DNA of 64,000 bases from positions 39,323 through 103,322 of the forward strand of contig CBFGIV010000003.1 in assembly GCA_965648915.1 (NCBI GenBank), in the 5' to 3' direction. How positions within the stretch are numbered: the first letter of the stretch is position 1; each line of letters begins with the position of its first letter. The notes under the pieces were generated by a model that was not told the DNA's origin, did not search any database, and saw only the letters and a list, made by a program, of their open reading frames with translations. Below, in pieces: positions 58,114-64,000 of the stretch. The position numbers and the translations under genes were made by a program. The stretch is from a candidate division WOR-3 bacterium (GTDB lineage: Bacteria > Hydrothermota > Tepidihabitantia > SM23-42 > CAYGYG01).

Positions 58114-59684
58114 AAGTGTTATTGATTCGTCCGCCAATCTATTCTAAGAGTTTGAGGTATCCTGGAGGTCCGCGTTTTGGTCTACCAACAAGTCTGCTCT
58201 ATCTGGCGGCAGTTCTGGAAAGAGAAAAAATAAAGGTCGCTATTTATGATGCTTTGATCGATTTTACCTGGGAAGAAATTAAAAGAGACGAAAATGGCAA
58301 CTATATTATTGGGCCTGACTGGGACTCTTTCACTCAAAAAGTATTAAATTTTAATCCTGATATAGTCGGAATTACAAATCCATTCTCAGATTTCGCCAAT
58401 TATGCAATTAGGGCCGCCGCGGAAATAAAAATAGCAAATCCTAAAATAGTTGTAGTGATTGGCGGTCCGCACGCAACCAGCAGTCCTGAATACTTTTTAT
58501 TGCAAGGTAATTCGGTTGACTATGTTGTAAGAGCCGAGGGTGAGATAACTTTCATCAAACTAATCCGAGCGCTCGAAACGGGAGCATCTGTAGAAAGTAT
58601 ATCGGGTATATCGTATCGGAAAGATAATCAAGTCCATTCCAATCCGCCGGCAACATTTATCGATAATTTAGATGATTTGCCGTTACCAGCGTATCAAAAG
58701 TATTTTGCACTTGTTAAAGCTGGTTTTCCATCTCGCTATGTGTTTGAATATCCGGGTAGTGAACGGGAGGTTTCGATTATAACTTCGAGAGGATGCCCTC
58801 ATAATTGTATATTTTGTGGCAACCATTTGCATATGGGAAGGCGATGGCGTTTTCACAGTGCATCCTATGTGCTAAAGCATATGGAGTTACTAATCTCACA
58901 TTACGGAGTTCGCCATTTTCATATCGAAGATGATAACATCGCTTTAAACATTTCACGTTTTGAACAGATCCTTGATGGTATTAAAGCAAAAGACTGGCAT
59001 ATCACCTGGGATACACCTAATGGTATTCGGGCTGATGGATTAACACCAGACTTATTGCATAAGATTAAAAATTCAGGCTGCCTGTATCTCATCATCGGCA
59101 TTGAGTCGGGAAATCAATTTGTCCTGAACAATGTTATCAAGAAAAATCTACTACTTGAAGATGTGAACAAAACTGCAAAGACTTGCAAAAAATTGCGTCT
59201 CGATCTTCATGGCTTTTATGTAATTGGTTTTCCGGGTGAGAGTCGGATAGAGATTGAAGATACCTTTCAATTTGCCAAGACTTTATTGTGGCATTATGAT
59301 GTTGTACCCCATATCAGTCTGGCAAGGCCTTTACCCGGCACAAAATTATACGACATATGTAAAAACAAAGGGTATCTAACCGAACCCCTCCTTCCAGAAA
59401 TTGACAAGAAATATCGGGGTGAAATTTTCCCGCGCGTTATGATACATACCGAATCGTTCTCGCCTAAGTTACTCGAGAAATGGGTTGCTAAATTTGATCG
59501 ACAGGTTGTCCTTATCATATTGTTAAAAATACTTATATTTTTATTCAGCCGCCCCATTACCTTAATAAATATCTTCAAAAAGTTTCTCCGGGATAAAGAA
59601 CAAGGGGTTTATTCTGCAGGCAAAAGAATTTTTTGGGGCGGCCTTCTTTTCAAATTCAACTACTTAAATAAAAATTTGCGATAA
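58110..59684 (+). CDS. B12-binding radical SAM protein
   Basis: LLYLAA, GGPH, EGE, TSRGCPHNCIFC (CxxxCxxC), GIESG, G.PGE and PLPGT. Confidence 0.9.
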   Translation: MKVLLIRPPIYSKSLRYPGGPRFGLPTSLLYLAAVLEREKIKVAIYDALIDFTWEEIKRDENGNYIIGPDWDSFTQKVLNFNPDIVGITNPFSDFANYAIRAAAEIKIANPKIVVVIGGPHATSSPEYFLLQGNSVDYVVRAEGEITFIKLIRALETGASVESISGISYRKDNQVHSNPPATFIDNLDDLPLPAYQKYFALVKAGFPSRYVFEYPGSEREVSIITSRGCPHNCIFCGNHLHMGRRWRFHSASYVLKHMELLISHYGVRHFHIEDDNIALNISRFEQILDGIKAKDWHITWDTPNGIRADGLTPDLLHKIKNSGCLYLIIGIESGNQFVLNNVIKKNLLLEDVNKTAKTCKKLRLDLHGFYVIGFPGESRIEIEDTFQFAKTLLWHYDVVPHISLARPLPGTKLYDICKNKGYLTEPLLPEIDKKYRGEIFPRVMIHTESFSPKLLEKWVAKFDRQVVLIILLKILIFLFSRPITLINIFKKFLRDKEQGVYSAGKRIFWGGLLFKFNYLNKNLR

Positions 59685-59733
59685 TATGAGCTAAACTTAT
59701 CAGAAGATCTGGAATCTTATAAGACGAAAACTA

Positions 59734-60603
59734 TTATTTTATTTTTTCTTTAACTCTTGTCGCCAATTCCTCTGGTGTATCACCAACAATTATTCCCGCT
59801 TCCTGAAACGCCCTGATCTTTTCTGGCGCTGTCCCCGAGCCCCCAGTAATAATCGCACCGGCGTGGCCCATTCTTTTATCTGCGGGTGCGGTCTTACCAG
59901 CAATAAAACCAAAGACCGGTTTTTTATAGTACTGCTTGATGTATAGTGCCGCATCCTCTTCATCCCTGCCACCTATTTCTCCGACAATCACCACTGCCTC
60001 GGTCTGGGGGTCATCAGCAAACATCCTGAGGCAGTCAAGGAAATTCGTCCCGATCACCGGATCACCGCCGATGCCCACACAGGTCGATTGACCGAGTCCA
60101 ACATTAGTAATATGGTAGACTATCTCATAGGTCAGGGTTCCACTCCGAGAGACTACACCGATGTTACCCTTTTTAAAGATATGCCCGGGGAGAATACCTA
60201 CCTTACTTTCACCGGGCGAAATGAGTCCGGGTGAATTAGGACCGATCAGACGGGTCTTCTTATCCTTAATATAGCCTATCAATTTTACCATCTCAAGGGT
60301 CGGCAGACCTTCGGCAATACAGACAATCAATTCTATCCCTGCATCGATTGCCTCATATACTGCATCGACCGCAAACTGAGCCGGTACAAATATAATCGAA
60401 GTATTAGCCGCGGTCTTCTCTCTTGCCTCGGCAACACTGTTGAAGACCGGTACACCTTCAACTATCTGTCCGCCCTTCCCCGGTGTTACACCGGCCACCA
60501 CTTTTGTTCCGTAATCGATCATCTGTCTTGTATGAAACGAACCATCCCGTCCGGTTATACCCTGAACCAAAACCCTTGTATTCCTGTTTACCAGAATCGA
60601 CAT
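59734..60603 (-). CDS. sucD: Succinyl-CoA synthetase alpha subunit
   Basis: [28 protein letters not shown] and MGHAGA. Confidence 0.96.
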   Translation of the reverse strand: MSILVNRNTRVLVQGITGRDGSFHTRQMIDYGTKVVAGVTPGKGGQIVEGVPVFNSVAEAREKTAANTSIIFVPAQFAVDAVYEAIDAGIELIVCIAEGLPTLEMVKLIGYIKDKKTRLIGPNSPGLISPGESKVGILPGHIFKKGNIGVVSRSGTLTYEIVYHITNVGLGQSTCVGIGGDPVIGTNFLDCLRMFADDPQTEAVVIVGEIGGRDEEDAALYIKQYYKKPVFGFIAGKTAPADKRMGHAGAIITGGSGTAPEKIRAFQEAGIIVGDTPEELATRVKEKIK

Positions 60604-60611
60604 CTTACCTC

Positions 60612-61745
60612 CTACCGTTTTAACAATTCAATCGCCCGCCGGGCTCCCTCTAACATTGAACCGGCAAAAATCAACCCTGCATCTTTAAGGATCTGCCTTG
60701 CCCGATCTTCGTTTGTCCCGGTAAGACGGGCAACGATCGGTTGCTCAATCTTTAACTCCTTTTTGGCTTCGAGGATACCTTGAGCAACATCATCACATCG
60801 GGTAATTCCACCAAAGATGTTAAAGAATATCACCCGCACATTCTTATCGCTCAAAAGAATCGAAAGGGCATCCTTGACTTTCTGAGGTGAAGAAGAACCA
60901 CCGATATCGAGAAAATTTGCCGGCTCACCACCACAGTGCTTTACCAGATCCATCGTCGCCATTGCCAAACCCGCCCCATTGACAACACAGCCGATATTAC
61001 CACTCAACTGAACATATGATAGACCTGAATTCCTTGCCTTCATTTCGTTCTCATTTTCACTCTCAGGATCACGCAGGACTTCAAGCTCAGGGTGTCGCAT
61101 CAGGCCATTGTCATCAAAATTAATCTTGGCATCAAGGGCAACGACTTTTTTATCTTTTGTTATAATCAGAGGATTTATTTCCGCCAGCGAGCAATCGAGC
61201 TCAACAAATAGTTTGAAGAGTTTCAGGGCGATGTCGGCACAGGTATTGATATGTTTTGGATCCTGATAGAGGAAGAAACCGATTCGGCGTGCCTGATGGG
61301 GCAGGAGGCCGACCAGGGGATCGGCAAGAATTTTCATAATCGCTGAGGGATTCTGACGGGCAGTCTCTTCGATCTCAACCCCGCCTTCTTTTGATACCAT
61401 CACCACAACCCGTTTTGAGGTTCGATCGACAATCATCCCTAAATAGGCCTCAGATTCGATATCAAGCGCCTGCGCAACTAAAACCTTCTTCACCTTAAGC
61501 CCTTTTATCTCCATATTCAGGATATTCTGAACATGCTGTTTTAACTCTTCATCATTTTTTGCAATCTTAATTCCACCCGCCTTACCACGTCCACCAACCT
61601 GAACCTGAGCCTTCACGACAATCGGATAGCCGATGTCTCTTCCAATCTCAAGAGCTTCGGTCGGTGATGTAGCCAGTCTCCCTTCTGGTATCGGAATGCC
61701 ATATTTTGCAAAAATCTCTTTTGCTTGATACTCATGAATTTTCAT
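60612..61745 (-). CDS. sucC: Succinyl-CoA synthetase beta subunit
   Basis: [38 protein letters not shown] and NIFGGI.RCD. Confidence 0.96.
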   Translation of the reverse strand: MKIHEYQAKEIFAKYGIPIPEGRLATSPTEALEIGRDIGYPIVVKAQVQVGGRGKAGGIKIAKNDEELKQHVQNILNMEIKGLKVKKVLVAQALDIESEAYLGMIVDRTSKRVVVMVSKEGGVEIEETARQNPSAIMKILADPLVGLLPHQARRIGFFLYQDPKHINTCADIALKLFKLFVELDCSLAEINPLIITKDKKVVALDAKINFDDNGLMRHPELEVLRDPESENENEMKARNSGLSYVQLSGNIGCVVNGAGLAMATMDLVKHCGGEPANFLDIGGSSSPQKVKDALSILLSDKNVRVIFFNIFGGITRCDDVAQGILEAKKELKIEQPIVARLTGTNEDRARQILKDAGLIFAGSMLEGARRAIELLKR

Positions 61746-61838
61746 ATCTATCTCCTTTTTATAACTTTAAATTGAAAGAATCGAAGATAATAAAATCCAT
61801 CTATAAACTATTATTCGTTTCGTTCATATCTGTTAAAA

Positions 61839-62054
61839 TTACTTCAAAAGTAGGGCAAGGGGTATTAAAACCAGATATCCAATAATCAAAAGGATCGGCG
61901 CCAAAGTTATTGAGCCGCGACTCAAACTAATAAAGCCGATAATGATTGTGACGATTGCCGCAGTCAAAAGGATATAATTTTTAGGTCTGAATTGAATCTG
62001 CATCAGGGTTTCCTGCTTTTTTGATAAATCTTTTTTCTTCTCTTTCTTTGCCAT
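61839..62054 (-). CDS. Small two-TM membrane protein (DUF3098-like)
   Basis: GGAGG SD; F..KNY...IIIGF...ITLAPILL.IGY. Confidence 0.7.
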   Translation of the reverse strand: MAKKEKKKDLSKKQETLMQIQFRPKNYILLTAAIVTIIIGFISLSRGSITLAPILLIIGYLVLIPLALLLK

Positions 62055-62063
62055 ACTACCTCC

Positions 62064-63725
62064 TTAACGGGTTGAATCTCTTGGGACTTCAACAATCTTA
62101 TTCTCTTTAATGGTAAAAATTTTTATAATCTCCTCGTCTTTTTTGAAAACCTTCTGGATTGTGTTGACAATGGTATTACGGCTGTACTCAGTGGCTAATG
62201 CTTTTTTCAAGCCGTACACTGCCTCAAGAAATTTTTTTTCAGCAAAACCAACTTTTTTGTTATGTTGTTTCTCATATCCCGCGATTATGTGATCGACTTC
62301 ATCATTTTGGGGCGATTCCTGAACCGCAAAAATTGCTCCCTCAACATACTTCTCACCGAGCCGAACAATCTTCTCTTCGTTAAAGGCTCTGATCCCGAGA
62401 AGCCTTACTTTCTCCAACCCATAGTAGGCAAACTGGGGTGCAATCAAGATAATCTGATCACCGTCCCCGGGGAAAAATACTGCTTCGGGATTCGTTTTCT
62501 TAAGTGTTTCAATCTCTTTGCCAAAGGTTGTGGTATCGGTCCTGAAACCAACCCGGCCCACGATTTCGCCCTTTCGATTCCTAACCTCCTCTTCAAATGT
62601 CTGGGCCAGAATCTCGCCATTGCCGTCGTTCGGGAAAAAAATACCAAATTGTTTGAGCCCCATCTCTTCAACCGCATATCGGGCAATCGCCTTCGCCTCA
62701 CTCGCCCCGCTGGTGTTGATTTGAATAATTGAAGGAGCAGTGTTTTCAAATCGTGGATCGGAAATAGTCGGTAATAATATCGGTGTCTTATAACCGCTGG
62801 CCATCCCGCAGATACCAAAAGCCTCAAGTGTAAATACCGGGCCAACAATCACATCGACCCGATAATCCTGACTGAGTTTTAATCCAGCACGAAGGGCTTC
62901 GATCGGCTCTGACTTTGTGTCGAGGTACTTAATCGGAAAAGGATATTTATCTTGAACTATGTAATAGTCCAGGAGCCCCTTGATCGCATTACCATATTGG
63001 GCGAATCGACCGCTCAGAGGCAAAAGGATTCCCATCGTCCTTGTTATCTTGCCGACCATTGATGAGGCAAGGAGTTCTTCAACCTGCCTTTCATACTGAC
63101 TGGTAGGGAATCTCATATTCAAAAGTTCAAGATCCCTTCTCCCCTGATCAATCTTGCCGGCCTTGATCTCCCTTTCACCAAGATAAAAGAGAATATGTTC
63201 ATCAAGCGGGCTGGTCATAGAAACACGGTGTAGTTTCTCCAGTTCATTTATCTTGAGTTCGGGTAAAATCATCAATACCTTTTCATTTGCTTTTTCCCGT
63301 TCAATCTTGTCTTTGGATAAATCGTATAATTTCACAAATACCACCGCCGCTTCATAATAGTTTTTTAATGCATAATTTGCCTCACCGAGAACAGCAAGTG
63401 ATTTAACATAAAATGGCGAGTTAGGCAACTCACTATTTAATCGGTCACTATAACGGATCGCCTCGACATAATTCTCAAGCCGATAATTACTGACCCCGAG
63501 TAAGTATAACGCATCATCATAATAGGTTGACTCTTGATACTTCTCGATCAGCGTTTCCAGATGGCGAATCGCCTCTTTATACTCACCGGCATCAAAAAAT
63601 TCTTTGGCCCGGGCCATCAGTTCGATCACCCGCTCTTCATTATAGGTAGACCCCTTTACCGATGGTTTAAATAAGAGACAGGCAAAAAAAGATAGGGGAA
63701 GAAGCAGAAGCCATTTTATCCTCAT
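62064..63725 (-). CDS. Lipoprotein with BamD/YfiO-like TPRs and an LpoA-like periplasmic-binding-protein domain
   Basis: SFFAC lipobox; TPRs (YP.S); GILLPLSG.F..YG and IVGP. Confidence 0.8.
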   Translation of the reverse strand: MRIKWLLLLPLSFFACLLFKPSVKGSTYNEERVIELMARAKEFFDAGEYKEAIRHLETLIEKYQESTYYDDALYLLGVSNYRLENYVEAIRYSDRLNSELPNSPFYVKSLAVLGEANYALKNYYEAAVVFVKLYDLSKDKIEREKANEKVLMILPELKINELEKLHRVSMTSPLDEHILFYLGEREIKAGKIDQGRRDLELLNMRFPTSQYERQVEELLASSMVGKITRTMGILLPLSGRFAQYGNAIKGLLDYYIVQDKYPFPIKYLDTKSEPIEALRAGLKLSQDYRVDVIVGPVFTLEAFGICGMASGYKTPILLPTISDPRFENTAPSIIQINTSGASEAKAIARYAVEEMGLKQFGIFFPNDGNGEILAQTFEEEVRNRKGEIVGRVGFRTDTTTFGKEIETLKKTNPEAVFFPGDGDQIILIAPQFAYYGLEKVRLLGIRAFNEEKIVRLGEKYVEGAIFAVQESPQNDEVDHIIAGYEKQHNKKVGFAEKKFLEAVYGLKKALATEYSRNTIVNTIQKVFKKDEEIIKIFTIKENKIVEVPRDSTR

Positions 63726-63791
63726 AACCGGAATTTTATATTACCCATTTTTCCCTTGGTGTCAAGCAGAGTATTCTGGAGATGTGAATGC

Positions 63792-64000
63792 TCAGGAGAG
63801 GGTCTTGAGAACCCTCTTACAGATTTCTTTCAAGGTTTCAAAGACACCAATTCCCTGGGTTGCGACCGCTTCAAAATAAGGATAGATACCCTGGGGATTT
63901 AATACCTTCTGCAACTCGGCAATCGAGTTGATATTGGGTAGATCCCGTTTATTGTATTGAAGGACAAGTGGGATTCGATCCAGAGAAAGGTTATAACTCT
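63792..64000 (-). CDS. mglA: MglA-family small GTPase, 3' end only (not in the ORF track)
   Basis: Manual translation ...IPLVLQYNKRDLPN...FEAVATQGIGVFETLKEICKRVLKTLS*, matching the MglA G4/G5 region. Confidence 0.88.
   Translation of the reverse strand, partial: SYNLSLDRIPLVLQYNKRDLPNINSIAELQKVLNPQGIYPYFEAVATQGIGVFETLKEICKRVLKTLS

Noticed and set aside
58670-58720. Possible short deletion after LPLPAY in the radical SAM protein
   Set aside because: The frame is intact and the region is variable, so it cannot be supported without an alignment.

Overview
Gene-dense, core-type bacterial chromosome segment of about 58 CDS. I found no rRNA, tRNA, CRISPR array or mobile element. The gene content suggests a diderm FCB-superphylum-related anaerobe: Lnt, a TonB receptor, a PorV-like barrel, five T9SS-type C-terminal-domain proteins, MglA, Hyp proteins and rubredoxin. 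Candidate phylum WOR-3 is plausible, but this is inference only. Housekeeping genes are the 3' part of gyrB, glnA, lnt, yebC-ruvCAB, rlmI-like, hup, maf, ridA, buk, hypABFC and sucCD. Two genes missing from the ORF track were found by reading the sequence: a rubredoxin (40684-40848, minus strand) and the 3' end of mglA. The most unusual signals are: (1) an RQC winged-helix/Tpt1(KptA) fusion; (2) strong enrichment of D-S/T sequons in exported proteins, next to a polyprenol-P-mannose synthase / WecA / PorZ / GT-C cluster, suggesting a T9SS-linked O-glycosylation system; (3) a window-wide TTGACA-N16-TAnnnT promoter architecture with many apparently leaderless genes; (4) a class III cyclase-STAND-TPR gene wedged inside a leucine-catabolism-type operon; (5) a zinc anti-sigma factor fused to a TonB C-terminal domain.
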